The notes below the pieces were generated by a model. That model saw nothing but the letters and a program-made list of their open reading frames with translations. It was not told the origin of the DNA and ran no database searches. Of a stretch of DNA of 64,000 nucleotides, positions 8,459 to 18,688 are shown in pieces. A program made the position numbers and the translations under genes. The DNA comes from an uncultured virus (IMG/VR IMGVR_UViG_3300025736_000009) (Duplodnaviria > Heunggongvirae > Uroviricota > Caudoviricetes), in IMG/VR virus record IMGVR_UViG_3300025736_000009; one strand, given 5' to 3'. How positions within the stretch are numbered: the stretch's first letter is position 1; the number at the start of each line of letters is the position of its first letter.

Positions 8459-10252
8459 TTACTGTGCCAACTCAACCATAGAACATAACTCATTTATATA
8501 TATTTTGGTTGACTCATCAACTGTTCTAAGCTCACGAGCAGTTTCTACAAAGCCATTGGCTAGTTGTACCATTGTATCAACAAAGCCAACACGCTTTCCA
8601 CCAGTCTTTAAGGTATTTCTGCTTCTCATGCTCTTAGCAGGAAGCTTACCTACAAGTCCGCCATTTGTTTCAGCATGTTGTCTGTGTCTACCAACTCTAA
8701 TTACACCTACAGGAAATACACCCAAACACTTAGGTTTTTTATCTGAAGAATAAACTTCAGCAGTAAGATTATCATTTTTATAGCTACCACATTCCTGGGC
8801 TGTTTTTATAATCCATTCTTTAGAAGGAGGATTATCTAAGTCAACTTCCAAGTTGCCTTTAACAGCAGCTATACGATTTAATACTAACGTAAGATGAGCA
8901 AACTCTAACGATTTATGCTTTTTAGTAGAAGCACTCATATCACATACAATATCTGCTCTTACTATACTACCATCAGCATAATGAATAGTAGGCATAGATG
9001 CATCAGGAAGAATAACAGCAACTCCTTTAAAGAGGTCTGCTTCAGATTGAAGTTTCATACCATCAGAAGGATTGTGATATTCAATTCCAAAATGTTCTCT
9101 ATAGCTTGGTATCTCTCCACTCAAAGAGGGTTTCAACACTCTATCAATAGCCGCACTTTCGAATCTCCTATAAATAGGTTGATTCTTATAATCAAACTTA
9201 TCATTTGATTTTGCGACTTCTGAATAAGGAACATTAGATTTAAGAGACTTAGATTGCCTCTTAGCTTTAGAAAAACTAGCTTTAGGAAGAACAGGACATC
9301 CATTTCTTCCAATAAATCTAAGCCCACCACGACAATTGATAAGACTATCAATATCATGGTTATGAATTACTTCCTGAAAAGAAGTAAGACTATTAGCGGC
9401 AGACTTACTTATAATAACACTATCATTAAGGTTCATATCCATACAAACAACATTCATTGCTGCCAGCGGAGGAAGAACATTTACTCCTTTAATGTGAACT
9501 GGAGGCAAGCTTGCTCCTACAATAGGAAGCACATGAGATAGTCCTTTTTGAACAGCATAACGATTCAAAGGACATAAATGTGCAAGTGGTTGAATACCTA
9601 CTGCTAATGGATAGCCATGAATATCTACTCTATCAGCAGTTTTACCAGGATCACCAACATTAGTAGCAGCACATCGAGTAAGTTTTTTAGTTGTAAGCTC
9701 TTTAAAGAAACTCAATCGTCTAAGAGCCTCAGTTTCAGGACCGCTACTACCTTTTAACATAGGTAGCTGTTCACCATAAAGGCAAAAGGTATTACTTTGA
9801 ACTACCTTTTCAAATTCAGTAGTTGGATTATCATCATTCCAAGAAACAGCTCCTTTATAGAGTTCATTTAACGCAACCATCATCAAATTACGAAGCATAC
9901 TAAGAATTTCTTCATCAGAATTCTTGGCAAGAACTCTTATAATCTGACTAGCATATTCAGGCTTTTTTGTTATTCTTAGTATATACTTACCTACAGTATC
10001 TATAAACTGAGGAAGTAACTCAATACCACTATGCCCATCTTCATTGATAGGCTTATAGTCTATTACATATCCCTTTCTAAAAACAGGACATATACCACTA
10101 GGAAGTATAATCTTATCATCATATGTTGGAATTCTAACAACACACAATGGTTTATTAATAACACCAAAGAAAAATTCATTATTTACTTTAGTAATTTCAA
10201 ACGACTCTTTTGAACAAGAAGAAATTACCATAGTATTATCTGCTGATATCAT
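8459..10252 (-). CDS. Phage DNA-dependent RNA polymerase, beta-like subunit (compact)
   Basis: Colinear RpoB-like motifs: NLNDSVIISK (NFEDSILVS), DGMKL...FKGVAVILPDASMP (GDKM...NKGV...EDMP), RADIVCD, VGVIRVGRHRQH (VGYMYMLKLNH), TGGKRVG (FGGQRFG). Confidence 0.85.
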   Translation of the reverse strand: MISADNTMVISSCSKESFEITKVNNEFFFGVINKPLCVVRIPTYDDKIILPSGICPVFRKGYVIDYKPINEDGHSGIELLPQFIDTVGKYILRITKKPEYASQIIRVLAKNSDEEILSMLRNLMMVALNELYKGAVSWNDDNPTTEFEKVVQSNTFCLYGEQLPMLKGSSGPETEALRRLSFFKELTTKKLTRCAATNVGDPGKTADRVDIHGYPLAVGIQPLAHLCPLNRYAVQKGLSHVLPIVGASLPPVHIKGVNVLPPLAAMNVVCMDMNLNDSVIISKSAANSLTSFQEVIHNHDIDSLINCRGGLRFIGRNGCPVLPKASFSKAKRQSKSLKSNVPYSEVAKSNDKFDYKNQPIYRRFESAAIDRVLKPSLSGEIPSYREHFGIEYHNPSDGMKLQSEADLFKGVAVILPDASMPTIHYADGSIVRADIVCDMSASTKKHKSLEFAHLTLVLNRIAAVKGNLEVDLDNPPSKEWIIKTAQECGSYKNDNLTAEVYSSDKKPKCLGVFPVGVIRVGRHRQHAETNGGLVGKLPAKSMRSRNTLKTGGKRVGFVDTMVQLANGFVETARELRTVDESTKIYINELCSMVELAQ

Positions 10253-10256
10253 ATAA

Positions 10257-11882
10257 TTAACCTTCCTCTACTTTCTTTAGTGAACTTACAAGATTGTTAG
10301 TAAACCAGGACGCAACATCGTCTACTGGCACAATCTCTCTAAAGACAGTATTTAGTTTCTGTAATTTACTAAACTTACTTTTTAGCAGATGACAGATACT
10401 AAATGGAGTATTCACCATAGCAGCATCTCTTAAACTTTGCCCAGCAAGTGCTTGAACAACCTTACCATATACCTCCCCATTTAATCCCTCACTAGCAAGA
10501 ATAGGACCAACTCTATCCCAAGTATATCCAGATTTTGCTGTAAGTAAAGAATACAATGTCTTTGCAGAAAACTTCTCTGCGTGTTTTTGATCAAAGCACA
10601 ACTCAAGACTCTGGGTAGAAGCATCAAGCCACTCTTTATGAGTAACAGGAAGTTCCTCTCCTCTTGTCTTTAAATCTTCTAACCATGCATGTCCACAATA
10701 ATGCATAATAGACAACGCACCTATCCAAAGCTTCTGATCCATCCTTCGTACCAGAAGAATATCTTCAGTAACATCATTAGAAGAAACAACATCTTCTTCT
10801 TCTTTTATTGAAGAAGAACTCTTCCACTTATTTGTATCTTCATCATATATTAATGAAGAAAAAGAAGAATCATCTATAAATTGATGATCTTTATATGTAT
10901 ATACAGTTCGCTTAGGTTTAACACCAAGAACCTTACTTACAAGATTATCATAATGTTTTCTACACTCAGCAACAGCTGCTGGATTCTTTAATAGATGAAA
11001 GTTAAGAGTATCTCCATCGTTGTCACCTTCAACGAGTTTCATAAAAGAAGATACATCATCAAATTCACCCATCAATGCAAACATATCTGCTGGAACATAA
11101 ATACAGAAACTGTCTGCTTTAGATTGGCTTTTCATCTTTCTGAGCTTAATTCCTAATACATCTGTAGTAGGCCATCGAGACAAAAGACCATAACTTCCAG
11201 GATTAGCAATAGGAGCTAACTCTTCTATTTTGTCCTTAATCTTCTCTGCAGTTGAAGACTCAGGATTATCTCTCAAAAGAACAGAAAGTCTATTCCTTTC
11301 AGATGTTCTTCTATTAGAAGAATCATTATTAAGCTTACTAATTACTTTAGTACTAAGCCCAACTTCACCTATGTTAAGTGAACTTATAATACCTTTCTTA
11401 TAATTCTCTGAAGTAAATGCATCTTCTCTTACATCTACTACAGCTACAAGAGCACCAGAATACTCTTGTCTTGGTCTTCCAAGCTTTTGATCAAGCTCTC
11501 TTCTTACAAGCTCAGCATATGTAGACGCCCAAATCTTAATTGAAGATCCAATCTTTTGTTTATCATCAAAAAGAATAGCATCTACTATCTTGTTAGAAGC
11601 AACAAGGATAGGAGTAAGGCGCTTTACACCAGCACCTATTGAATACAGATTAGTCCTAAGACTCCAAGGTATACAAATACTCTTGATCTTAGGTCCTCCT
11701 TTATATGCTATCCAACCTTCTCCATCAGAGGAAGAAGCACCAACATCTATACATACTGGCTTACCAGCAAATGCTGGATCAAGAATTGTACCAGAAAAAG
11801 ACTTTTCAGCAACATCAGAGAAATCTAATCCTCCGATGATAGGAAACGCCGCAGTTACAAAACAACGATTTTCTTGTTCCAT
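10257..11882 (-). CDS. Phage DNA-dependent RNA polymerase, beta'-like catalytic subunit (compact)
   Basis: RpoC-like motifs: LGRPRQEYSGALV (LGKRVDYSGRSV), LLSRWPTTDVLGI (LLNRAPTLHRLGI), EGDNDGDTLNFH (NADFDGDQMAVH); DNDGD at 11010-11024. Confidence 0.88.
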   Translation of the reverse strand: MEQENRCFVTAAFPIIGGLDFSDVAEKSFSGTILDPAFAGKPVCIDVGASSSDGEGWIAYKGGPKIKSICIPWSLRTNLYSIGAGVKRLTPILVASNKIVDAILFDDKQKIGSSIKIWASTYAELVRRELDQKLGRPRQEYSGALVAVVDVREDAFTSENYKKGIISSLNIGEVGLSTKVISKLNNDSSNRRTSERNRLSVLLRDNPESSTAEKIKDKIEELAPIANPGSYGLLSRWPTTDVLGIKLRKMKSQSKADSFCIYVPADMFALMGEFDDVSSFMKLVEGDNDGDTLNFHLLKNPAAVAECRKHYDNLVSKVLGVKPKRTVYTYKDHQFIDDSSFSSLIYDEDTNKWKSSSSIKEEEDVVSSNDVTEDILLVRRMDQKLWIGALSIMHYCGHAWLEDLKTRGEELPVTHKEWLDASTQSLELCFDQKHAEKFSAKTLYSLLTAKSGYTWDRVGPILASEGLNGEVYGKVVQALAGQSLRDAAMVNTPFSICHLLKSKFSKLQKLNTVFREIVPVDDVASWFTNNLVSSLKKVEEG

Positions 11883-11952
11883 TGACTACTCCTTTATATT
11901 GTTAATTAGGATAAGTGTAGTAACGAACAACTTTCTTTCTATGTCTCCTTTC

Positions 11953-12225
11953 TTATAGTGTATGAAATAAATCTTGTATATGCTCAAATATAAACCTGGC
12001 TGTGTCACCACGCCAAATCATGACTCTAGCATTCTTACGCAATGGTATACCAGAAAAACCATTCAGCAAAACATCAAGCTCATCTCCATCTGCTACAAGT
12101 TCGAATACATCTTCAGTAAAGATATTTGGAAGCTCTTCACCAAAATGTAATATAACACTAAAAGCAATAGGCATAGAATGCTCTACTGACTTTTTTGCCG
12201 TATTCAAATAAAATATGGTTATCAT
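11953..12225 (-). CDS. Hypothetical protein
   Basis: Track ORF 11953-12255; likely start MITIFY after AAAGGA. Confidence 0.6.
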   Translation of the reverse strand: MITIFYLNTAKKSVEHSMPIAFSVILHFGEELPNIFTEDVFELVADGDELDVLLNGFSGIPLRKNARVMIWRGDTARFIFEHIQDLFHTL

Positions 12226-12470
12226 GATTTTGCTGTTCCTTTCTTTTTTCTCCATATATTTTCTCTAAGTTCTTTAAGAATATATATGTCAGTTTCCCAA
12301 TGAATCCAATAAGGACAATCAGAATCACCCATTGTAGTTATTGACTTAGAAGGATCAATATCTGAACCTATATTCAATAAACACTCTGCATTGTAATTGG
12401 GATTGTCTTCATTCATCACACATGCATAACAATGCCCACAGGTATTACAAGGATATGGAGTATTTGCCAT
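12222..12470 (-). CDS. Cys-rich small protein
   Basis: CNTCGHCYAC...C...CPYW; GAGG RBS. Confidence 0.6.
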   Translation of the reverse strand: MANTPYPCNTCGHCYACVMNEDNPNYNAECLLNIGSDIDPSKSITTMGDSDCPYWIHWETDIYILKELRENIWRKKKGTAKS

Positions 12471-12611
12471 GTCTAGTTACCTCGCTAGTTTTTCTAATGC
12501 ATTAGCTATTCTGCATAAAATATATGTATCAACAAGTAATACACCAATAATAGGAAGTACAAAACACCATCACATTGGTCCAGGATCTACTGTGACTTCA
12601 TTCATATCTAG

Positions 12612-12662
12612 AAAAAGAGGATAGGCAGCTACATATAAAATACATGCATGTAACTACCTATC
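12612..12662 (-). terminator. Rho-independent terminator
   Basis: GATAGGTAGTTACAT/ATGTAGCTGCCTATC hairpin (G-U pairs on minus strand) followed by CTCTTTTT. Confidence 0.65.
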
Positions 12663-12694
12663 TAATAGAGCATAAGCACTAAACTATTGTTACA

Positions 12695-13270
12695 CTAGGC
12701 AACAATTGGCTGAGAATTAGTAAACGCAGCCCAGATTTTAGGAAGCTGACTACGAATCTCAATACCCAACGTCTCATTCAATGAAACACGAGGTTCTTGA
12801 GTCTTCGAATCCTTGAAGTGATTATACACTCCAACACGAAGCTCATCCCAACCATTGGGAAGCCACTTAAACTCCGTTTCGTTCTTCTCATTCAGAGCAG
12901 CATAACCAAGAGATAGACCATACGTACTCATCCTAATCATGATGTTGTTTACAGTAAACAACGGAGTAACAGCAGTAGCTGGATACTCAATAGCAACAAA
13001 TGCTCCATTCATCAACGGAACACCATTCTCAAAAATGGGATTACCATCCTTGTCTTTGGCCTGATTTGGAGTAAAGAAGTACTTTACACCATTCTCATCA
13101 GTGTGAGATCTCTTCATTCGCATTATCATTGCATTCTGAAATCTGCTGATACCATCAGCTAGAATGCGCTCAGGCACATTAGGAGTTACAAACGTTACTG
13201 CTGCTCCAGAAACAACAGGAGGAAGAGAAGTTGTTACTTCCGTCGTTTTACTAGTAGCTTTCTTACCCAT
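12695..13270 (-). CDS. Hypothetical protein, weak SpoVG-like nucleic-acid-binding pattern
   Basis: AFVAIEY...FTVNNIMIRMSTYGLSLGY resembles SpoVG AIASITL...FVVHDIRVIDGNNGLFVAM; own terminator; function uncertain. Confidence 0.6.
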   Translation of the reverse strand: MGKKATSKTTEVTTSLPPVVSGAAVTFVTPNVPERILADGISRFQNAMIMRMKRSHTDENGVKYFFTPNQAKDKDGNPIFENGVPLMNGAFVAIEYPATAVTPLFTVNNIMIRMSTYGLSLGYAALNEKNETEFKWLPNGWDELRVGVYNHFKDSKTQEPRVSLNETLGIEIRSQLPKIWAAFTNSQPIVA

Positions 13271-13424
13271 TTGATTTCACATACACCTTTCATAATTATA
13301 CTTCTTACGATAAGTAGTCACGAGATGTACACTAATGATATGCACTAAAGAAATGTATTAGCATATAGAAAGCCTAAATACCATCAAGCAAATATATCAC
13401 ATCCTTTCTGTAATAAGAATAGTA

Positions 13425-13946
13425 TTAATACCATAAACTATTAAGATAGGTTTTTATCTTAGCTTTCAAAGAATCACAAGGCATGTAATATGTACTAGTA
13501 CTACGATTGTAGTAATTTAGTTCACATAGTATATTATGTACTATTGACCTCAAATACATAAAATCACACCTATCAACATATATGTTGTTATTACGTATTT
13601 CTAAAACAAGAGGTACCTGATGTATACTAGCTTCTTGCTTTATACATTCATAAATCCTAACATCAGGAACATCTTTAGCATATAAAATCATAGTCTGAGA
13701 TTCATCAGACTTAGTAGTTGTATCTTCTATCTCAGAAAAAATGTCAACAAGACATTTAATAATAGTAGGTTTTCCAATTGTAGTAAAACTATCAAAATTA
13801 GTAAACTTTAACTTAAGAATCTCACTACAAAGTTTACTAGTTAGATCATTTAATGCTTTTCTATCTTCAGCTTTGACATATATTGCTTTATTATTTACTG
13901 ATGGATTACCATCAGCAGTAAAAGCAAAATCATGTATATATATCAA
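13425..13946 (-). CDS. Hypothetical protein
   Basis: 173-aa ORF overlapping upstream gene. Confidence 0.6.
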   Translation of the reverse strand: MIYIHDFAFTADGNPSVNNKAIYVKAEDRKALNDLTSKLCSEILKLKFTNFDSFTTIGKPTIIKCLVDIFSEIEDTTTKSDESQTMILYAKDVPDVRIYECIKQEASIHQVPLVLEIRNNNIYVDRCDFMYLRSIVHNILCELNYYNRSTSTYYMPCDSLKAKIKTYLNSLWY

Positions 13947-14322
13947 TAGGCTGTTTCAACATAAGTTTTGAAATTTCTTGAATTATAGTATAGAATTCAG
14001 CACAAACTATTGTATGTGAATCAGAAGACTTTACTACATTTGTATGAAATATATAACCCTCTATTTTGGGTTTACTGCATTTCTTTGTATCTATAGAAAC
14101 ATCACTAATTGCCTTACATTCCATTTTTCTAATAGCCTTTTCTATTAGAGCCTCTAGTTCTCTAATTAGTTTCCTTAGCTCCCTGGCTTCTGTATTTACT
14201 TGTGTAAGTCTATTCCTTAAACCATAGCCATTTTCTTCTAGACACTCAGTAGATGCACATGAAGCATCATGACTACTTTCTATAACAACATCTCCAATAA
14301 TTACTTTAGACATTAGAATCAT
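13930..14322 (-). CDS. Hypothetical coiled-coil protein
   Basis: GGAGG RBS; preceded by a leader-motif copy at 14337. Confidence 0.65.
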   Translation of the reverse strand: MILMSKVIIGDVVIESSHDASCASTECLEENGYGLRNRLTQVNTEARELRKLIRELEALIEKAIRKMECKAISDVSIDTKKCSKPKIEGYIFHTNVVKSSDSHTIVCAEFYTIIQEISKLMLKQPIDIYT

Positions 14323-14482
14323 TCCTCCATTTTCTAAGACCGAAAGAGAGATAGTTTATATAGAACAATATCTACAATAGAGAAGCTAGAACAATCATAA
14401 ACTTTAACGTGTAGGATATAAAGCAACAATAGAAAGAGAAGGAAAAACGTGCAAAGGAAGTTAAAACATACTTTCTTCCTAA

Positions 14483-14938
14483 TTAGTTAATGCTACCAAT
14501 CATTTCAACTGGAAGCCAATTAGCAATTAGCTTTCTATGGCATTTGGAATCAACAGAAGATTCCCAACAACAAAATGTCACTTCCTTTTCGTAAGGAAAT
14601 AATTCACTAAGCACTATAGCAAGACCAATTGCTCTGTTCTCACTATATGTATATGTAACTTTTTCTACTTGACTTCGGAATAGAGAAACATACTCATTCC
14701 AATTCAACTTGCTCTCTTTATACCAATGTAACAAGTTAATACTTGGCTTAAGGACCTCTCCAAGTCTATAGTTAATATCTTGTATGTCTTGCATAGTCTC
14801 AAAGTCCTTTGGCTTAGATCGAGATATACTAACATACTTTACAGACTCAAAAGGATCTTGACAAGTTACTAACTTTTTATCAAGATCAAAGAAACATGCA
14901 GTATGTATTGTCAGATCAGTTCTGTATCTATTACTCAT
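14483..14938 (-). CDS. DUF488 family protein
   Basis: SISRSKP, LKPSINLL..YK, WNEYVSLF, FCCWE...CHRKLIANWL. Confidence 0.8.
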   Translation of the reverse strand: MSNRYRTDLTIHTACFFDLDKKLVTCQDPFESVKYVSISRSKPKDFETMQDIQDINYRLGEVLKPSINLLHWYKESKLNWNEYVSLFRSQVEKVTYTYSENRAIGLAIVLSELFPYEKEVTFCCWESSVDSKCHRKLIANWLPVEMIGSIN

Positions 14939-15147
14939 TACTTTCTTCCTTTGTTATTACTACATACTCTACAGAATAGCTTTCCATTACGAAAAGCCCA
15001 ACCTTGCGTTTCAATTGCGCGAGTCTTTACTTCTTTAGAAGATTTATTAAGTTCCCCTTTTATATATGCTGAACAACCAACACTAGCGCAATAAATTGTA
15101 GTAGGAACACAACAAGTAAGTAGTTTGAATTCCATAACAATTCTCAC
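14938..15147 (-). CDS. Small Zn-finger-like protein
   Basis: CASVGC...GW...FCRVC. Confidence 0.55.
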   Translation of the reverse strand: MRIVMEFKLLTCCVPTTIYCASVGCSAYIKGELNKSSKEVKTRAIETQGWAFRNGKLFCRVCSNNKGRK

Positions 15148-15575
15148 TAAAACTCCTTATTGAGAGATTTATAAGCATCAACACAAAATGTAGGCAATTT
15201 CTGCTTTAGAGCTTCAACTACTGCTTCAACATTAAGACCATCGCCATAGTTATCTATAGCATGGGCAATACTATCCTTGTTGGCTTCTACAACTTGTCCC
15301 GATTGATTAGCTCGTATCACAGCCAACATCTTACCTAAATGTTGAGCACACACGTCCTTGTAAAACATCCAAATACGCTCATCGTAGATGCCTAACATAT
15401 CTAACTGCATCAATGCTCCAAAGCCGCCAAAAGCGTCTTGTGGATCTATTATGCTGCCTTGTTCCAGTATTTGCATACAGACACTTAGCGCACCTGGATT
15501 ACCATTAGACATTGCGATAACAGCATCCTTGATTGACATATCTAACTGAATTCTGGTATTGTTATTATTAAACAT
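15147..15575 (-). CDS. Phage hypothetical protein (GNPGA motif)
   Basis: MSNGNPGALSV...LDMLGIY...IWMFYKDVC; start MFNNNN after AAGGAG. Confidence 0.7.
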   Translation of the reverse strand: MFNNNNTRIQLDMSIKDAVIAMSNGNPGALSVCMQILEQGSIIDPQDAFGGFGALMQLDMLGIYDERIWMFYKDVCAQHLGKMLAVIRANQSGQVVEANKDSIAHAIDNYGDGLNVEAVVEALKQKLPTFCVDAYKSLNKEF

Positions 15576-15628
15576 TAGTATACATACTCCTTTGAAGATT
15601 ATCGAAAAGTGATAAAAAGATACAGAAC

Positions 15629-15829
15629 TCAAACTCCTTTCTGGAGTATAACACATTCAAGAGAATCAATAGGAAGCTCTACTATAGCATCATCAGATAA
15701 TACAGCAATAGTAACTACCTTACCTTTGGCGTTTATGTGAGTATCTAATACACTCACACGCTCACCATAGTTATCTCCGTAAACCACGGAACACACATCT
15801 CCACTTCCAATCTGGTTATTACTAAGCAT
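15629..15829 (-). CDS. Small beta-rich (KOW/SH3-like) protein
   Basis: GDVCSVVYGDNYGERVSV pattern; AAGGAG RBS. Confidence 0.55.
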   Translation of the reverse strand: MLSNNQIGSGDVCSVVYGDNYGERVSVLDTHINAKGKVVTIAVLSDDAIVELPIDSLECVILQKGV

Positions 15830-15889
15830 GTTTATTCTCCTTTAATAGGTAATACTTTGAGCATATAGTGCATATTCTTTTCTCACCAA

Positions 15890-16084
15890 TCATCTGCATT
15901 GTTCACCAATAGCTTCAGAAAGGTTTTCAAGTGTTTCTCTAGTCCTCTGTAGGAGATTGATTAGTGTACGTATATCATCACTAAACAATACATTTTTAGA
16001 AAACACAAGTTCATTCAGAATATCTACGTAGTCTTTGAACTCTTTACAATTAGCTCTTATCTTACTTCCCATTACTATATGCAT
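15890..16084 (-). CDS. Hypothetical protein
   Basis: GGAGG RBS. Confidence 0.6.
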   Translation of the reverse strand: MHIVMGSKIRANCKEFKDYVDILNELVFSKNVLFSDDIRTLINLLQRTRETLENLSEAIGEQCR

Positions 16085-16183
16085 TTCAATTCTCCTCCAT
16101 AGTAAAATCTACTAAAACACTTACGTGTCAAATAGAAGGCTAAGCACACAAACAGAAAGCTGCGTGTGCAAAAGAAGTTAAAT

Positions 16184-16387
16184 CTACTCCTCTTTAGAAC
16201 ATTTAGAACAACAAGAAGACACCTCCTTACAGTCGTAACACATAGGTCGCTTACAAAGTCTACAACGTGGAATACATGCCTTTGAACCTACTACCATTTC
16301 TACAAGCTCATCAGCAACAAAATGTTGAGAAGATTTGGTAAAATCCTCTTGTTGATCCACACCCAACACAAATGTATTTGCTTTCAT
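16184..16387 (-). CDS. Small Cys-rich protein
   Basis: Several CxxC pairs; contains a copy of the 26-bp palindrome. Confidence 0.55.
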   Translation of the reverse strand: MKANTFVLGVDQQEDFTKSSQHFVADELVEMVVGSKACIPRCRLCKRPMCYDCKEVSSCCSKCSKEE

Positions 16388-16672
16388 CTAACATGAAAAT
16401 GATTCTGCGCAGTTACGACAGTAATGAGATATGTCATAACATGTAGAACACATACAACGACTACAACCCTCACAAACCAATATGTATTTAGCATCAACAT
16501 ATGATTCTTTCTTACCAGGATATACTATTACTTGTTTGCAGTTAACACATGTTTCTCCTGATATCCGAGGCTGTCGCTTATTAAGCATTCCACCTCCACA
16601 TCGTGCACATCGCGCATAGACATCATATAGTGGCTTTTCACATCTACAGGTCTTAGAATATATGTTTGACAT
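16388..16672 (-). CDS. Cys-rich Zn-finger protein
   Basis: Five CxxC pairs; likely start MSNIYS. Confidence 0.6.
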   Translation of the reverse strand: MSNIYSKTCRCEKPLYDVYARCARCGGGMLNKRQPRISGETCVNCKQVIVYPGKKESYVDAKYILVCEGCSRCMCSTCYDISHYCRNCAESFSC

Positions 16673-16680
16673 GATAACCT

Positions 16681-16857
16681 TTACTCCTTTTCCAAACAAG
16701 CTTTACATGGAATCACCTCAAAAGGAAAGTCAACCTCAGAGAGATCCCCATCTAAGTCCTTAACTACGAAGAGAGTATGAAGGTAAATCTCAAGCCCGCA
16801 CTTTGTACGAACGATATTACCCTCTTCTGATATTTGATGTACTCTTTCTTTTCTCAT
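16681..16857 (-). CDS. Small hypothetical protein
   Basis: Likely start MRKERVH after AAGGAG; H...TKCG...CKAC. Confidence 0.55.
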   Translation of the reverse strand: MRKERVHQISEEGNIVRTKCGLEIYLHTLFVVKDLDGDLSEVDFPFEVIPCKACLEKE

Positions 16858-17452
16858 ACCATATAATCTCCTTAAAAGTAACCGAAAAGATAGTAGAAAA
16901 GTAGTAAAAAACCTACAGAAAACTAGTAGAAAATATACACAAACACATGTGTATATATAAGTAATCAAGATAATGGCCGAAGGCCAAATAGTAAGATAAA
17001 CAAACGCGCAAACAGCAACGCGTCCAGAGTCAATTAAATACCCCTGGCTACAGTTGTAACATCATAATACAAATGTAAGCACCTGTTTTTTACATATTTT
17101 ACTCTCAATTACATATGTAGCATCCCTCTTCTATCTAATAACATAAATGTATATATCTAATTCTAAAACCACAATATATACTAGAGAAAAGAGAAAACAA
17201 TAGATAAATACACTGCAGAGCGCGAGCCATAAGATAAATCTACACTCACACACACACACACACACATAGGGGTTAGTGCGAATATAGATTCTTAAAATAT
17301 CTCTATACACACATACACACACACACTCCTCCAATACACTAGGAAACTTACAATACCCTAGGAGACTTTCGCTATTATCAGAGATTATCTCCCTTACGTA
17401 AAGAAAACCAATGAATAAGCACGTAAACAACAAGCACGACCTCCCTCCCTAT

Positions 17453-17613
17453 GACATGAAATCTATAGATTTCATTAGAACAAAATCTTCGATTTTATGA
17501 ACTGAAGTAAACAAGAAGATCAAATTAGACCTTAAGATCAAATTAGACCTTCTCCACAAAAAGAGACATGAAATCTATAGATTTCATTAGAACAAAATCT
17601 TCGATTTTATGAA
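17453..17613. repeat. 49-bp direct repeat (2 copies) containing a 20-bp perfect palindrome
   Basis: GACATGAAATCTATAGATTTCATTAGAACAAAATCTTCGATTTTATGAA at 17453-17501 and 17565-17613. Confidence 0.95.
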
Positions 17614-18069
17614 AGGAAAGAACTCCTTTCTTGACGATCAAACCTCAAGAAGATTTTACCAAATCTTCTCATCACACACCCCCAATATACGCCTAGTCAA
17701 GAGAAGGGCCGAAGGCCCATAAGTAGAGAAAAGAAAACACATACTCACTACAACAAGAGAATTGAATACAATCTCCTCTACACAACACAAACAATATATA
17801 CAATTAATAGTTATTAACGAGAAGATACAGTAGTATCTTCTTAACGAAAGATAATTAAACACCTAACATCAAGAAGATTTTACTAAATCTTCTCATTAAC
17901 TTTATATTAACTATATATAAAGAAAAGAAAAGAACTCCTGCCCTAAGTATATGTGGAGAGGATCTAATTAGATCCTCTTAATGTATATAATATATATAAT
18001 ACACCCAGGGCAGGAAAAGGAGAAGACCTTATCTGATCTTCTCCACAAGAGAATAGCAGCTGCTGTTAC

Positions 18070-18288
18070 TTAGTTGTCTTCCTTCATACGACAACGCTTT
18101 GTTGATCTACATATACGTAGATCATAATCAAAGAAATATGCTTCTTCATCACCAGACATGTTGTTATCTCCAACAACACAAGAAATAACATCAGCCAATC
18201 CATCACATATATCTTTTACATTCTTACCTTCTACAACCAATTCCAATCTAAGATGAGAAGGTTTTACTAAATCTTTTTGATGTGCCAT
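18070..18288 (-). CDS. Early-type hypothetical protein
   Basis: AAGGAG RBS and leader motif. Confidence 0.65.
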   Translation of the reverse strand: MAHQKDLVKPSHLRLELVVEGKNVKDICDGLADVISCVVGDNNMSGDEEAYFFDYDLRICRSTKRCRMKEDN

Positions 18289-18379
18289 AGTTTACATTGT
18301 TCTCCTTTGTAAAAAAGACCGAGAAACTACAGACTTAAAAAAGTTACAGACACACTTACAACTGAGTGAATGCTAGTAA

Positions 18380-18688
18380 CTACAGATTATCATTAACTGT
18401 AGTCATAAGCACATCAAGTTGACTTTCACATGCTTCTAGTCGTCTCTGCTGATCTGAATGTCTATTATTCTCATACATCATAGCCTTCAACTTATCAGCA
18501 ACTTGCTCTAGCCCAGATATTATCTCCTTTGCTTTACTAAGCCTACGATTAAGCTCAACAACCTCAGAACTAAGATTGTTAATTCTATGTCTATGAGATT
18601 CAAGATCACTAGATGCTGCTTCATGCATATCATGCACTATAGCCTTCATTGTATTAGATGTTAGATATCTTTCATCTATTGTCATCAT
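18380..18688 (-). CDS. Coiled-coil early-type protein
   Basis: Heptad pattern; GGAG RBS and leader motif. Confidence 0.65.
   Translation of the reverse strand: MMTIDERYLTSNTMKAIVHDMHEAASSDLESHRHRINNLSSEVVELNRRLSKAKEIISGLEQVADKLKAMMYENNRHSDQQRRLEACESQLDVLMTTVNDNL

Noticed and set aside
8459..11882. Host rpoB/rpoC fragment or pseudogene
   Set aside because: Both ORFs are intact, highly diverged, in beta'-then-beta order, in phage context and without ribosomal-protein neighbours
17131..17862. Track ORFs 17131-17433 and 17656-17862
   Set aside because: Translations of (TG)n and palindrome-rich low-complexity DNA without RBS; probably non-coding
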